Shown: piece by piece, positions 37,872 through 48,524 of the stretch
How positions within the stretch are numbered: the stretch's first letter is position 1
How the letters are laid out: every line of letters starts with the position of its first letter
NCBI GenBank assembly: GCA_964498245.1
Contig: CAZCGK010000001.1
Location: 36,581 to 100,580, forward strand
From: an uncultured archaeon
GTDB lineage: Archaea > Aenigmatarchaeota > Aenigmatarchaeia > QMZP01
Direction of reading: 5' to 3'
Length of the DNA: 64,000 nt
The notes under the pieces: model-generated
Seen by the model: only the letters and a program-made list of their open reading frames with translations
What the model was told of the DNA's origin: nothing
Database searches by the model: none
Translations under genes and position numbers: made by a program

Positions 37872-39524
37872 CTATGGGGATTTATGTTTTATGCAGGCTT
37901 CCACAAATCCAAGAAAGAGTGGGTTTGGATTCATGAATCTGGATGTGAACTCTGGATGTGCCTGTGTTGCAACAAAGAACGGATGGCCTGGAAGTTCCAA
38001 AAATTCCATAAGTCTTCTATCAGGCGAAACCCCAGAAAACACAAGACCTCTGCTCTCCAGCATTTCTATGTACTCTGGATTTACCTCATATCTGTGCCTG
38101 TGACGTTCTTTTACAAGTTCTTTTCCATAAAGCCTGTAAACAAGTGTTCCCTCTTTTAATTTCGCTGGATATGCACCCAGCCTCATCGTTGCACCATACC
38201 CTTTTTTCCTGAGTATTTCTTTCTGCTCCGGCAGTATGTCTATAACCGGATATTTTGTGTTTTTATCTATTTCGGTGGTGTGCGCATCTTTCATTCCGCA
38301 TACATTTCTTGCAAATTCCACAACAGCGAGTTGCATACCATAGCACAGTCCAAGGTAAGGTATTTTATTCTCTCTGCAATATTTAATGGCTACAATCTTT
38401 CCTTCCACACCAGAACTACCAAAACCTCCAGGCACTATTATTCCATGGTATTGTTTAAGCACATTGATATTTTCTGGATTTTTTTCAAACATTTTAGAAT
38501 CTATCCATTCTATTTTTGGTTTTACACCGAGTTTCCATGAAGCGTGTTTTACAGCCTCTATTACGGAGATATAGGAATCTTCCAATGCAAAATCCCCTAT
38601 ATCAAAATACTTGCCCACTATGCCTATTTTTATTTCATCCTTCAGATTTTTTATTTTCTGTATCAATTCCTCCCATTCTTTCATATCATAAGTTTCTTTC
38701 TGAATGTCGAATTTTTCAAGAATCTTATCAACAAACTTCTGCTTTTGAAATATCAGGGGTACTTCGTATATCACATCAACATCCGGGTTTGATATAACCC
38801 TTTCTGGTGTGATATTGCAGAATATTGATAGCTTTTCCCTTCTCACATCATCTATATTTTTTTCTGCACGGGCAACTATAAAATCAGGTTGAATACCAAG
38901 CTCATTGAGTTTTCTTACAGAGTGCTGTGCTGGTTTTGTTTTCATTTCTCCAAGATTGGCTGGTATGGGCAAATAAACAACATGAATGAAAACTATAGGG
39001 TCTCCTTTCAGATGCATTCTCCTCACAGCCTCGAGGAAAAGTACATTTTGATAGTCTCCGACGGTTCCGCCAATCTCAATGAGAACAAAATCAGAATCTG
39101 TTTTTTCAGCGACCTCCTTTATTCTTCTTTCCACTTCTTCCGGGATGTGTGGTATTACTTCAACACACTTTCCATCAAACTCAAGGTTTCTCTCCATTTC
39201 TATAACTCTGAGATACACCTGTCCGGTGGTTATATTGTTCATTTTTGATATCGCTTTTCCGAGAAACCTTTCATATATGCCGAGGTCCTGATCGGTCTCC
39301 CCACCATCTTCTGTAACAAACACTTCTCCGTGTTCTGTTGGTCTCATTGTTCCGGCGTCAACATTTATATACGGGTCTATTTTGATTATAGTCACATTGA
39401 AACCTTTAGATTGGAGGAGAACCCCTATAGAAGCTGTTACTGTTCCCTTTCCGAGACCAGAAATGACTCCTCCTGTAACAACTATGTACCTTCTCTTTTT
39501 TGTAGAACGGCTGTTTTCTTGCAT
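37872..39524 (-). CDS. pyrG: CTP synthase
   Basis: GGVISGLGKG, KTKP.Q, GLCYGMQ, HPEF. Confidence 0.98.
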   Translation of the reverse strand: MQENSRSTKKRRYIVVTGGVISGLGKGTVTASIGVLLQSKGFNVTIIKIDPYINVDAGTMRPTEHGEVFVTEDGGETDQDLGIYERFLGKAISKMNNITTGQVYLRVIEMERNLEFDGKCVEVIPHIPEEVERRIKEVAEKTDSDFVLIEIGGTVGDYQNVLFLEAVRRMHLKGDPIVFIHVVYLPIPANLGEMKTKPAQHSVRKLNELGIQPDFIVARAEKNIDDVRREKLSIFCNITPERVISNPDVDVIYEVPLIFQKQKFVDKILEKFDIQKETYDMKEWEELIQKIKNLKDEIKIGIVGKYFDIGDFALEDSYISVIEAVKHASWKLGVKPKIEWIDSKMFEKNPENINVLKQYHGIIVPGGFGSSGVEGKIVAIKYCRENKIPYLGLCYGMQLAVVEFARNVCGMKDAHTTEIDKNTKYPVIDILPEQKEILRKKGYGATMRLGAYPAKLKEGTLVYRLYGKELVKERHRHRYEVNPEYIEMLESRGLVFSGVSPDRRLMEFLELPGHPFFVATQAHPEFTSRFMNPNPLFLGFVEACIKHKSP

Positions 39525-39555
39525 TTTCTTATATACAAAAGAAGAAATAAAAAGT

Positions 39556-39960
39556 TTAAATCTCGAGAATTTCTACCTGGTTCTTTTTTCCCTTCTTTTT
39601 CATTTTCTGAAATATCTCGAAATTTTTCTTTGTGTCTATTATAAAATTGCCTGAAAGGATGTTTCTCCCTATGATAACGGGAAATGTCATGTGCGATCTG
39701 TCCTGAACGTTAACCTCAGTTTCAAATTCCCTTCCCTTTATCACAATTTTCGCTCTCACAACAGGCCTTCTTATTTCCATTTTTAGTGAGGGGTTTTTTA
39801 TCGTGGTTGTTCTTACTATGGGTCCAAGTCTGGCCTTAGCAGCCAGTTTCATGTCCACTGAAGTTGAGCTCGCACCGCTATCACACAAAGCAATCGTTTC
39901 TATTTCCTTTTCACCTATTACCTTGATTTTCTCAACAATGCCAACGATATCTTTTTTCAT
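39556..39960 (-). CDS. RimK-associated retropepsin-like protease (RimB/ATP-dependent Zn protease family)
   Basis: ALCDSGASSTS, RRPVV, DRSHMTFPVIIGRN. Confidence 0.85.
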   Translation of the reverse strand: MKKDIVGIVEKIKVIGEKEIETIALCDSGASSTSVDMKLAAKARLGPIVRTTTIKNPSLKMEIRRPVVRAKIVIKGREFETEVNVQDRSHMTFPVIIGRNILSGNFIIDTKKNFEIFQKMKKKGKKNQVEILEI

Positions 39961-39992
39961 AATTTTTATATTGGTCTCTCTCAGTTATTAAT

Positions 39993-41510
39993 ATGTCTCC
40001 TGCCTTTGTCAAACATCCTCTTATTAAAGAAAATGTAATAGAATATCGTGAATATCAGAATAACATACTCAATACAGCACTTGAGAAAAACACATTATGC
40101 GTTCTGCCTACAGGATTGGGAAAAACACCTATAGCTGTCATGCTTACTGCTCACAGGCTTTACACATTCCCTGAATCCAAAGCTTTGATTCTTGCACCCA
40201 CAAGACCTTTAGCTGCACAGCACTATAGAACATTTATCAAATTTCTGAACCTTCCCGAAGAGAAGTTTCAGATAATAACCGGCACAACAAAACCAGAAAA
40301 ACGGGAAATGCTTTACAAAGAAAAGACTGTTTTTTTCGCCACACCACAGACCATAAAAAACGATATCCAGGATGGAAGACTCTCTCTCAAAAACTTTTCA
40401 CTTTTGGTAATAGACGAAACACACCATGCTATTGGCGGTTATGCGTATCCTTATATAGTAGAAAGGTATCTGCAAGAGGCTGAAAATCAGAGAATTCTGG
40501 GTTTAACAGCATCTCCTGGAGGAGATGTAGAAAAAATAGCGGAGATATGTAAAAATGCTGGTGTGGAGAGTATAGAGATAAGGACAGAGCATGATGAAGA
40601 TGTCATACCGTATGTAATGGAGAAAAAGATAGAATGGATATACGTTGAACTTCCTGAAAGCTTTAGAAAGGTAAGGAACATGATTCAATGTGCCCTAGAT
40701 GAGAAAATAGCAGTGTTAAGGAGGTTAGGCATTACTCTGAGAAAAAACCCCAGCAGAAAGGATCTGCTTACCCTGCAATCACGGCTGAGAAGGGAATCTG
40801 AGAAAAGGGCAAATATAGCGCTTATCTGTGTTGCAGAGGCTTTAAAACTGGAACATGCAATCACATTACTGGAAACTCAGGGTGTTAACATTCTGGAAAG
40901 TTACTGGAAAAAACTGAGGTCTAGCCATTCGAAGATTGACAAGAGATTGGTCAGCAACAGAATGGTATCAAATGCGATGTGGCTTACGCAAAGTATGGTT
41001 GAAACCGGTGCAAAGCATCCGAAAATAAGCAAACTATGTTCTGTGATTTATAATGAACTTAAAGAGAAACCGGATTCCAAGATAATAATTTTTGCTAACT
41101 ACAGAAATACTGTGAAGGAGATTGTAAAAGCGCTGTCTGGTGTATCAAATGCCAGACCTGTAGAGTTTGTGGGACAGAAAGAGGGAATGACTCAGAAAGA
41201 ACAGATAAAGAGAATAAAAGAATTTTCTGAAGGAAAATACAACATCCTTGTTGCAACATCTGTTGCAGAGGAAGGAATGGATATAGAAAAGGCTGATACA
41301 GCAATTTTTTACGAACCTGTGCCCTCAGGTATACGGTTTATACAGAGAAGAGGCAGGGTTGGAAGACATTCTCTTGGAAAAATAATAGTTTTAATAACCA
41401 AAAAAACCAGAGATGAAGTGTATTATTGGTCGGCTGTAGCGAAGGAGAGAGAAATGAAAAAAACACTTTATGGAATGAAGTATACACTTTCTGAAAATTT
41501 TTGGAAATGA
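39993..41510 (+). CDS. hef: Hef/FANCM-like SF2 helicase (no fused nuclease domain)
   Basis: REYQ, LPTGLGKT, DETH, LTASPG, SVAEEG.DI, QRRGRVGR. Confidence 0.88.
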   Translation: MSPAFVKHPLIKENVIEYREYQNNILNTALEKNTLCVLPTGLGKTPIAVMLTAHRLYTFPESKALILAPTRPLAAQHYRTFIKFLNLPEEKFQIITGTTKPEKREMLYKEKTVFFATPQTIKNDIQDGRLSLKNFSLLVIDETHHAIGGYAYPYIVERYLQEAENQRILGLTASPGGDVEKIAEICKNAGVESIEIRTEHDEDVIPYVMEKKIEWIYVELPESFRKVRNMIQCALDEKIAVLRRLGITLRKNPSRKDLLTLQSRLRRESEKRANIALICVAEALKLEHAITLLETQGVNILESYWKKLRSSHSKIDKRLVSNRMVSNAMWLTQSMVETGAKHPKISKLCSVIYNELKEKPDSKIIIFANYRNTVKEIVKALSGVSNARPVEFVGQKEGMTQKEQIKRIKEFSEGKYNILVATSVAEEGMDIEKADTAIFYEPVPSGIRFIQRRGRVGRHSLGKIIVLITKKTRDEVYYWSAVAKEREMKKTLYGMKYTLSENFWK

Positions 41511-41627
41511 AAATCAATTAATTCATTATATATATTCATGTATAGAAATATTTATAAAAGGAAAGCATTAATATATATTAGTTTTGTCTGATAGTCACTA
41601 AATAGGGGTAACAAATGGGGTTTTAGC

Positions 41628-42596
41628 ATGGAAGATGAAATAAAATGTCCTGAATGTGGATCAAAACACATAAGATATGATCATGTAAGAGGAGAATCTG
41701 TATGTGAGGTATGCGGTTCTGTTGTTAAGGAATCAATAATCGATCTCACTCAAGAATGGAGAGCATTTGATGAAGAGCAGAGATCAAGAAGGGTGAGAAC
41801 CGGGGCGGCCCTGACACCAACGAAGCATGATGAGGGGATAACAACTGAGATAGGCAAGGGTCGTGGAGAACTTTTCAAGGTTTCCTCAAAAAAGCGTGCT
41901 CAATATTACAGAATTACCAAATGGCACAAGAGATTGATAAAATCCAAGGATAGAAATCTCTCCTTTGCTTTCTCAGAACTGCAAAGACTTATTTCTTATC
42001 TGAATCTCTCCAGGGCAATCCATGAAAAGGTTGCAAAGCTTTATCAGCACGCTGTTAACAAGGGTCTTGTTAGAGGAAGGTCAACAGAATCCATAATTGC
42101 TGCCCTGCTCTACACAACCTGCAGAGAGGAGGGTGCTCCAAGAACTCTGGATGAGATATCCAAGGCTTCTGGAATAAACAAGAGGGAAATAGGCAAAACA
42201 TACAGATATATATCCAGAAAGCTGGGTATAAGAATACTTCCAGCAAAGGCACAGGATTACATACCGAGATTTGGTTCTCTTTTAGGCTTGTCAGAAAGGG
42301 TTCAGGTTCGTGCGGTTGAACTTCTGGAAGCAGCGGGAAATTCTGATGTTACATCAGGAAAAGGCCCGATAGGTGTGGCAGCTGCTGCTCTTTACATAGC
42401 TGCTGTTCTGGATGGTGAGAAAAAAACACAGAGAGAGGTTGCGGATGCAATTGGTGTTACTGAGGTGACCATAAGAAACAGATACAAGGAAATGGTGGAA
42501 AGTTTGGGTATAAAGGATGAGATAGAGGAAAAGATTAAAGAAGAAAGTAACGAGGAAGATAATAAGGATAAGAAAGACACAGACAAAAAGGAATGA
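41628..42596 (+). CDS. tfb: Transcription initiation factor IIB
   Basis: CPECG..CEVCG Zn ribbon, EWRAF, GLVRGRS, VTEVTIRNRY. Confidence 0.97.
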   Translation: MEDEIKCPECGSKHIRYDHVRGESVCEVCGSVVKESIIDLTQEWRAFDEEQRSRRVRTGAALTPTKHDEGITTEIGKGRGELFKVSSKKRAQYYRITKWHKRLIKSKDRNLSFAFSELQRLISYLNLSRAIHEKVAKLYQHAVNKGLVRGRSTESIIAALLYTTCREEGAPRTLDEISKASGINKREIGKTYRYISRKLGIRILPAKAQDYIPRFGSLLGLSERVQVRAVELLEAAGNSDVTSGKGPIGVAAAALYIAAVLDGEKKTQREVADAIGVTEVTIRNRYKEMVESLGIKDEIEEKIKEESNEEDNKDKKDTDKKE

Positions 42597-42600
42597 AAAA

Positions 42601-42660
42601 TCAGATTGCCCGTCATAATCATCACCCTTCAAGGTTCTTTTTAAATTCTTTCATCATCTA
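42601..42660 (-). ncRNA. Box C/D sRNA
   Basis: Minus strand: C ATGATGA (42657-42651), D' TTGA, C' GTGATGA, D CTGA (42604-42601); TTTATATA box about 25 nt upstream; T-run downstream. Confidence 0.75.
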
Positions 42661-42833
42661 TTGAAGGTGATAGAAGATTATATAAAAAATTTATCATGAT
42701 CGTTCAATATTCATAATCTCGCTTACTCAGCAACCATTTCCAAAGAGGTACGAAAGTAATCTTGTTTGGATTAGTTTCTTTTATTCTGGAAAATTAACCT
42801 ATATATATTAATTGAGGATAAAAATAATATTAT

Positions 42834-43286
42834 ATGATAGAAGAGGAGTACGAAATAATTCCAACTTCTCCGTTAAGAAGGCTTGAGAAGAGGATAAGCA
42901 AACTTGAGGAATCCAGTCAATCTTCCCAGATAAATAAACTTATAGAGCAGATTATTGAACTTATTAAATCCAATCAGAGGGTAATAGATGATGTGGTTAA
43001 ATCAGACAGTGAGCTTAGAAATGAGATCTCAAAGCTCCCGGGAAAAATAGATGCGCTTGTTTCAATGATGAAAGAGTTCATAGAGATGTTGAAGGCTTCC
43101 GCGGCAGAGGAAACCACAACAGAGACATCCAAAGAGATTGTTGAACCCATGATTAAAAAAATTGATGAGCTTATAGAACAGAACAGACAGAATCTGGAGG
43201 CAAGTAAAGCGATACTTACAAATTTAAGTGCAATAGATAATAGATTGAAAAGAATATATATGCAGTATTCATCCACGGTGAGGTAA
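42834..43286 (+). CDS. Coiled-coil hypothetical protein upstream of pilus operon
   Basis: Helical heptads, YEIIP.SPLRRLE. Confidence 0.75.
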   Translation: MIEEEYEIIPTSPLRRLEKRISKLEESSQSSQINKLIEQIIELIKSNQRVIDDVVKSDSELRNEISKLPGKIDALVSMMKEFIEMLKASAAEETTTETSKEIVEPMIKKIDELIEQNRQNLEASKAILTNLSAIDNRLKRIYMQYSSTVR

Positions 43287-43329
43287 ATAATATAAACCTG
43301 AGATTATTAAAAAATAAAGGAGGAAGAAA

Positions 43330-43785
43330 ATGAAAAAGGGAATAACGCCCATCATTTCGGTAATAGTTCTTTTGCTTATAACAATTGCTCTTGCAGGAGC
43401 TGCATGGACATTTTTAAATCAGTATCTTTCAGGTACCACTGGCAAGAATCTTCAGATGATAGATTCTTACTGTCAAGGTGGCACAACAGCAAAGATTGTG
43501 CTCAAGAATGTAGGGACCGAAGCGATAAACATAGGGAACTGTAATGTAGGAATGTCCGGAACAGAGACATCATGTGGAGACGTTATAGTTGTAAGAACAG
43601 ATGGAGGAGGGCTTAATGGTTCTGTCTTAACCCCAAACACAGGTGGAAATACCATCCCTTCTCAGGGGCTTGCAACGTTCACTGATAATAACTGTACGGT
43701 GACCGGAACACCAAAAACATGCATTTACAGATTTGTTGTAGGAACTCTTGGTGCAGTACAAGCAATAGTAACGTGCTCTGGCTGA
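43330..43785 (+). CDS. Archaeal type IV pilin (probable major pilin)
   Basis: MKKG/ITPIISVIVLLLITIALAG; GGAGG RBS. Confidence 0.88.
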   Translation: MKKGITPIISVIVLLLITIALAGAAWTFLNQYLSGTTGKNLQMIDSYCQGGTTAKIVLKNVGTEAINIGNCNVGMSGTETSCGDVIVVRTDGGGLNGSVLTPNTGGNTIPSQGLATFTDNNCTVTGTPKTCIYRFVVGTLGAVQAIVTCSG

Positions 43786-43804
43786 GTAAACAGCTTTTGA
43801 AAGT

Positions 43805-44419
43805 ATGAAGAAAGCCCAAACCCAAACAATATCCGTAGTTTTAATGACAGGGATAATTATTAGCCTTGCTGGTGCGGCATATCTTTGGGGAAAACCACTA
43901 ATAGAAAAGAGAATGACTATATCAGACTTTACAAATGCGCTGGATTTTGTTCTCGATCTGGATAAAAAAATAGTGGATGTTGTGAATTCAGGTTCTGGTT
44001 CCTTTGAGATAGATATACCTAAAGGCACTTTGAGAGTTGTTCCGTATGGTGCGAACGACCCAGATAATAATTCAATAATATATGAAATTCTGGTTAGCCA
44101 GCCAATTGCATATAATGCAAGTACAATACTCATTAAGACCGAAAGTGATGATCCTGTAGGCATGTATGGAGAGGCTGAACCGAGAATTATAACCCTCAGT
44201 ACACTCTCTACTGGAGGAAATCTGTATCAATTGAGATTTAAAATACACTATCGAGAGCTCATCACAAAAACAAAGGGTTACAGGATAGCTTTAGATTCGG
44301 TAAGCAAGAGTGGAAACAAAAGGATTACAGTTACGTTCGACAAAAAAGAGATACAGCCTCTTCAGGCAAGCAATAATGGAGATTTAATACTCAATTATGT
44401 AAAAATTACCGTAATTTAA
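43805..44419 (+). CDS. Type IV pilin-like protein
   Basis: MKKA/QTQTISVVLMTGIIISLAG..YLWG.P. Confidence 0.8.
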   Translation: MKKAQTQTISVVLMTGIIISLAGAAYLWGKPLIEKRMTISDFTNALDFVLDLDKKIVDVVNSGSGSFEIDIPKGTLRVVPYGANDPDNNSIIYEILVSQPIAYNASTILIKTESDDPVGMYGEAEPRIITLSTLSTGGNLYQLRFKIHYRELITKTKGYRIALDSVSKSGNKRITVTFDKKEIQPLQASNNGDLILNYVKITVI

Positions 44420-44450
44420 AAATTTATCACCAAACACACAAATCTAATTT

Positions 44451-44897
44451 ATGAGAAAACTAAAAGCCGCTTCATTTATATTTGAACAGGTTATGCTTTT
44501 TTTAATGGGTGTTGTGATATTTACTGCGTGTTTTTTCGTTTTTCAGAGTTACCAATCGTATTTTGAAGAAATAAGTGTAAGAAACCAGCTTAACGAAATA
44601 AAGGATGCTGTGATCTCTTATATAATCAAGCTTGCTGAAGGCGGGAAGGATACCATCTCATACATAAAAATAAAATTCTGCAGACCGCCGGGCAGTAACT
44701 GTTTTCCTTATAAAGTGGGAAATGAAGATTATCTCATATCACTTTCCGATGATGGTGTAAATGTTACTGCTATTTCATCTGGTATCACTGTACATTCTGA
44801 TGTATATTTACTCAATATTTCTCTCGATGGTACTGTTTACAGTTCAGCAGGAGATTTTGTGATTTATAAGAGTGGAAACAAAATTATAATAAAATAG
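44451..44897 (+). CDS. Type IV pilin-like protein
   Basis: KA/ASFIFEQVMLF class III-like signal peptide. Confidence 0.75.
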   Translation: MRKLKAASFIFEQVMLFLMGVVIFTACFFVFQSYQSYFEEISVRNQLNEIKDAVISYIIKLAEGGKDTISYIKIKFCRPPGSNCFPYKVGNEDYLISLSDDGVNVTAISSGITVHSDVYLLNISLDGTVYSSAGDFVIYKSGNKIIIK

Positions 44898-44908
44898 GAA
44901 GGGAAAAT

Positions 44909-46663
44909 ATGAGCGGATATCTATCTGCAAGAAAAATACTAAAAGTCCTGAGAAGGGGTTGTATAGCACTTGAGAAAAAAAGAATAGAAAAGGGGGAAAT
45001 GCAAGCTCCATTTCCTTACATGGTTTTTCCAGCCACGGTCACCACAACCGAGACCCAGCACCTTAAAAAGGAACCCGAAGGAATAGAACTTACCCATGTA
45101 ACCACATCAGGCTTATTCAATCTTTCCATTACACAGGAAATGGAAAAAAAGGATATTCAGAGTATTGATATTACCTATAATCTTATACCTCGCTCTCCAA
45201 AAAAGGGTGAGAAGGTTTTTGCCTATGCACACATCCACTGGGATAAAAATCGTGGAGAACTCATTTATGATGTAGTTGAACCTCCTTTATCTCAACATGA
45301 CAAGGAGCTGATAGAAAAACTCAAAAGAGAGCTTGAAGAGAGACTGGATGTTAATTTTTATAAAATAGGTGTGATAAAGGCTAAAGACCTTCTCAGGGAA
45401 GAAGTGTTAAACATCCTTTCGGAGGAAGGTGGTTTGAGTGATGAGCAAAAAGAGGTACTTCTCTACTATATAGAGAGGGATATAATCGGTTTGGGAAAAA
45501 TAGAACCATTAATGAACGATCCAAATATAGAGGATATATCGTGTGATGGAGTCAACATTCCTATCTATGTTTATCACAGGGATACCAGAATAGGTTCTGT
45601 AAAGACTAATGTCATATTTGAAGATGAAGAAGAGCTCAACACATTTGTAATAAAACTTGCACAGAAATGCAGAAAAACGATAAATATAGCGGAACCTTTG
45701 CTTGATGCAGCGCTTCCAGATGGTTCAAGGGTTCAGGCAACCTTGGGCACGGATATAGCGAGAAAGGGCTCTAACTTTACCATAAGGAAATTCACGGAAG
45801 AGCCTTTAACTCCCATCCACATGTTAAAATACGGGACACTGGATTCCACTCAGCTTGCGTACCTGTGGCTTGCTGTGGAAAACGGGCAATCTATACTGAT
45901 CTCTGGTGGAACTGCTACTGGAAAGACATCCTTACTAAATGCTCTTTCACTTTTCATCAAACCCAGTCTTAAGGTTGTAAGTATAGAGGATACACCCGAA
46001 CTCAGGCTTCCTCACCCTCACTGGATACCGGAGGTTGCAAGAACACCACTTTCAGAAAAGGAAAGGCACGGGGAGGTTACGCTTTTTGATTTGCTCAAGT
46101 CTTCATTAAGACAGAGACCTGATTACATAGTTATGGGAGAGGTTAGAGGAAAGGAGGCTTTTGTTCTCTTTCAGCAAATGGCTACCGGACACCCAAGTCT
46201 TGCAACAATACATGCTGCTTCTATTTCACAGCTTATTGACAGGTTGACGACTCCACCGATATCCCTTCCACCAACATTACTTGAAAATATAAATATAATT
46301 GTATTTTTGGTCATGTCAAGAATAGGAGAGAAGTATGTAAGAAGGGCCAACACCATAATAGAGATTGTTGGTATTGAAAAAGACAGACCAGTAACAAAGG
46401 ATGTGTTCAAATGGGATGCAAGGAGAGACAGGTTTGCTATTGTAGGCAAGTCAACTGTTCTAAGGAATATAGCATTAAAGCTTGGAATGGATGAAAAAAA
46501 GATAAAACAGGAATTGATAAGGAGAAAACTTGTATTAGAATGGATGCTGATCGAAGGTATCACGGATTATGTTGAGTTCGCAAAAATTGTGAGTAGATAC
46601 TATTCTAACCCTCAAAGCATTCTTAATCTCATCAAGAATAAATATCCTTTTTTAGCTTTATAG
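44909..46663 (+). CDS. Type II/IV secretion system ATPase (TadA/ArlI-like)
   Basis: GGTATGKT, SIEDTPE, LRQRPD..MGEVRG, TGH..TIHA. Confidence 0.93.
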   Translation: MSGYLSARKILKVLRRGCIALEKKRIEKGEMQAPFPYMVFPATVTTTETQHLKKEPEGIELTHVTTSGLFNLSITQEMEKKDIQSIDITYNLIPRSPKKGEKVFAYAHIHWDKNRGELIYDVVEPPLSQHDKELIEKLKRELEERLDVNFYKIGVIKAKDLLREEVLNILSEEGGLSDEQKEVLLYYIERDIIGLGKIEPLMNDPNIEDISCDGVNIPIYVYHRDTRIGSVKTNVIFEDEEELNTFVIKLAQKCRKTINIAEPLLDAALPDGSRVQATLGTDIARKGSNFTIRKFTEEPLTPIHMLKYGTLDSTQLAYLWLAVENGQSILISGGTATGKTSLLNALSLFIKPSLKVVSIEDTPELRLPHPHWIPEVARTPLSEKERHGEVTLFDLLKSSLRQRPDYIVMGEVRGKEAFVLFQQMATGHPSLATIHAASISQLIDRLTTPPISLPPTLLENINIIVFLVMSRIGEKYVRRANTIIEIVGIEKDRPVTKDVFKWDARRDRFAIVGKSTVLRNIALKLGMDEKKIKQELIRRKLVLEWMLIEGITDYVEFAKIVSRYYSNPQSILNLIKNKYPFLAL

Positions 46664-46667
46664 GTGC

Positions 46668-47546
46668 TTGAAGATGAAAAAAATTGCATTGATGCTGTTT
46701 GGGGATATAGTAAAACGGTACGTGCCTTATTTCGATACACTCAAAACCAATCTGAAAAAAGCTGGAATAAAGACGCCTGTGCATGAATATTTGTGTAATA
46801 TACTGTTCTATTCGCTTATAACTCTGATTGTATCCATGATTGCAGGGTCTTTTTTTGTTACGCTTCTCATAGGCAATGTGATACCGATTGCAACAGCTGC
46901 AGATATGATATTCGCATATACCTTTTCAATACTACTGTCCATCATTCTTTCAGGAATGATATTTTTATTAGGTTATTATTATCCTTCACTGCTCGCTAAA
47001 AACATGAAAAATAAAATAGACAGATCTCTTCCCTTTGCTGTTTTTTACATGGCAACATCAGCTTCCTCAGGCATAAATCCTGTGGAGATTTTTAAGGCTT
47101 TGGCAAAAAAAGGTGGAATAATAGGCAAAGAAGCGGAAAGGATATATAACGATGTTACATCTCTTGGTATGGATCTTCCCACAGCTATAGAAAGAGCAGC
47201 AAACAGAACACCTTCAGAAATGTTTTCTGATCTCTTGTGGGGAATGTCCTCGGTTATAACCACAGGAGGGGATATTGAAAAATACCTGTCTGGTAAAACA
47301 CGAGTGTTTATGAACCATTACAGAAGATCGCTTAACGAGTATGCAAAAACAATCTCTCTATATACAGAGATATACATTACTCTTGTGATAATAGGTTCGC
47401 TTTTTTCCATAGTTTTAACAGCCATGATGACCCCTTTAGCAGGAAATGTTTTAATGCTTCAAACCTTTCTTGTATTCTTTGTCATACCTTTGGTTTCAAT
47501 AGGGTTTATCATTCTTGTGAGGGGTATATCTCCATCAGAGGTGTAG
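46668..47546 (+). CDS. Type II secretion F-domain platform protein (TadC-like)
   Basis: IDRSLPFA..YMA..ASSG, AI.RAA.RTPS. Confidence 0.88.
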   Translation: MKMKKIALMLFGDIVKRYVPYFDTLKTNLKKAGIKTPVHEYLCNILFYSLITLIVSMIAGSFFVTLLIGNVIPIATAADMIFAYTFSILLSIILSGMIFLLGYYYPSLLAKNMKNKIDRSLPFAVFYMATSASSGINPVEIFKALAKKGGIIGKEAERIYNDVTSLGMDLPTAIERAANRTPSEMFSDLLWGMSSVITTGGDIEKYLSGKTRVFMNHYRRSLNEYAKTISLYTEIYITLVIIGSLFSIVLTAMMTPLAGNVLMLQTFLVFFVIPLVSIGFIILVRGISPSEV

Positions 47547-47550
47547 ATCA

Positions 47551-48468
47551 ATGATAAAAATTGCAAGAACAACAATCGCGCTTATCGGTATTGGAGTATT
47601 GCTGATAGGTACAGGTTTGGTGATAGGGGATAGCGGTGTTTTGGGAAATCTCGTGATTATGGCTGTAATAATAAATACGTTTCCGTACTTCCTTAACAGA
47701 TACCTTCGTTATCTGTGGATAAAAAGCGCTGAAGAACACTTTCCAAATTTTATAAGAGATCTTGCAGACTCCGTTCGTTCGGGCATGGCACTTCCAGAGG
47801 CAATAAGTGTTGTCAGCAGATCGAACTACGGGAAGCTTACAGAAGAGATTGTAAAAATGAATAACAGGCTTTCCTGGGGAACACCCTTTCTCCGTGCTTT
47901 GGAAATAATGGAAAACCGTCTAAGGGATTCCAAAATAATATCCGAGGCACTGAAAATAATAAGGGAATCATATGAATCCGGGGGTAATATAGTTTCAACT
48001 CTGGATTCTATCTCTAATGACATTCTCATGCTTAGAGAGGCAGAAGCTGAAAGGCTTTCTATGGTCAAACAGCAAATAATGATAATGTACGGAATATTTG
48101 TTATCTTTCTTGCAATCTCTATCATTATAATAAACATAATGGTTCCTATGATGTCATTCCAGCCTGCTCTGGGAGAAGAGAGTATGGGATTTATTTTTAA
48201 AAATCCCTGTGAGGGTGGGATTTTCTTTCCATGCTCACTCTTTGCAGCGATTAATGCAGTTTTGGGTGTTCCTGAGGGAGGCATAGCTCCATATTATATT
48301 GCACTGTTCTTTACCACCGTGATGATGGAAGGATTATTTATAGGTTTGATAGCAGGTCAGATAGGTGAGAATTCGATAACAGCGGGATTCAAACATTCAT
48401 TAATAATGATGTTTGCAGCATTTGGAGTTTTCCTGTTTTTAATAAAATTGGGTATGATGGCAGTTTAA
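47551..48468 (+). CDS. Type II secretion F-domain platform protein (TadB/C-like)
   Basis: FPNFIRDLADSVRSGM, YGKLT.EI, SWG.PF. Confidence 0.88.
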   Translation: MIKIARTTIALIGIGVLLIGTGLVIGDSGVLGNLVIMAVIINTFPYFLNRYLRYLWIKSAEEHFPNFIRDLADSVRSGMALPEAISVVSRSNYGKLTEEIVKMNNRLSWGTPFLRALEIMENRLRDSKIISEALKIIRESYESGGNIVSTLDSISNDILMLREAEAERLSMVKQQIMIMYGIFVIFLAISIIIINIMVPMMSFQPALGEESMGFIFKNPCEGGIFFPCSLFAAINAVLGVPEGGIAPYYIALFFTTVMMEGLFIGLIAGQIGENSITAGFKHSLIMMFAAFGVFLFLIKLGMMAV

Positions 48469-48524
48469 GTTTTTAAATGAAAAAGTATAAAATCTCAAGG
48501 TAAAAGCAATCATCTGGGGTTGTT

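Noticed and set aside
42633..42637. D' guide of the sRNA matching tRNA GGUUC (C56 at the +5 position)
   Set aside because: Only 5 nt of complementarity; the rest of the guide does not match a T arm
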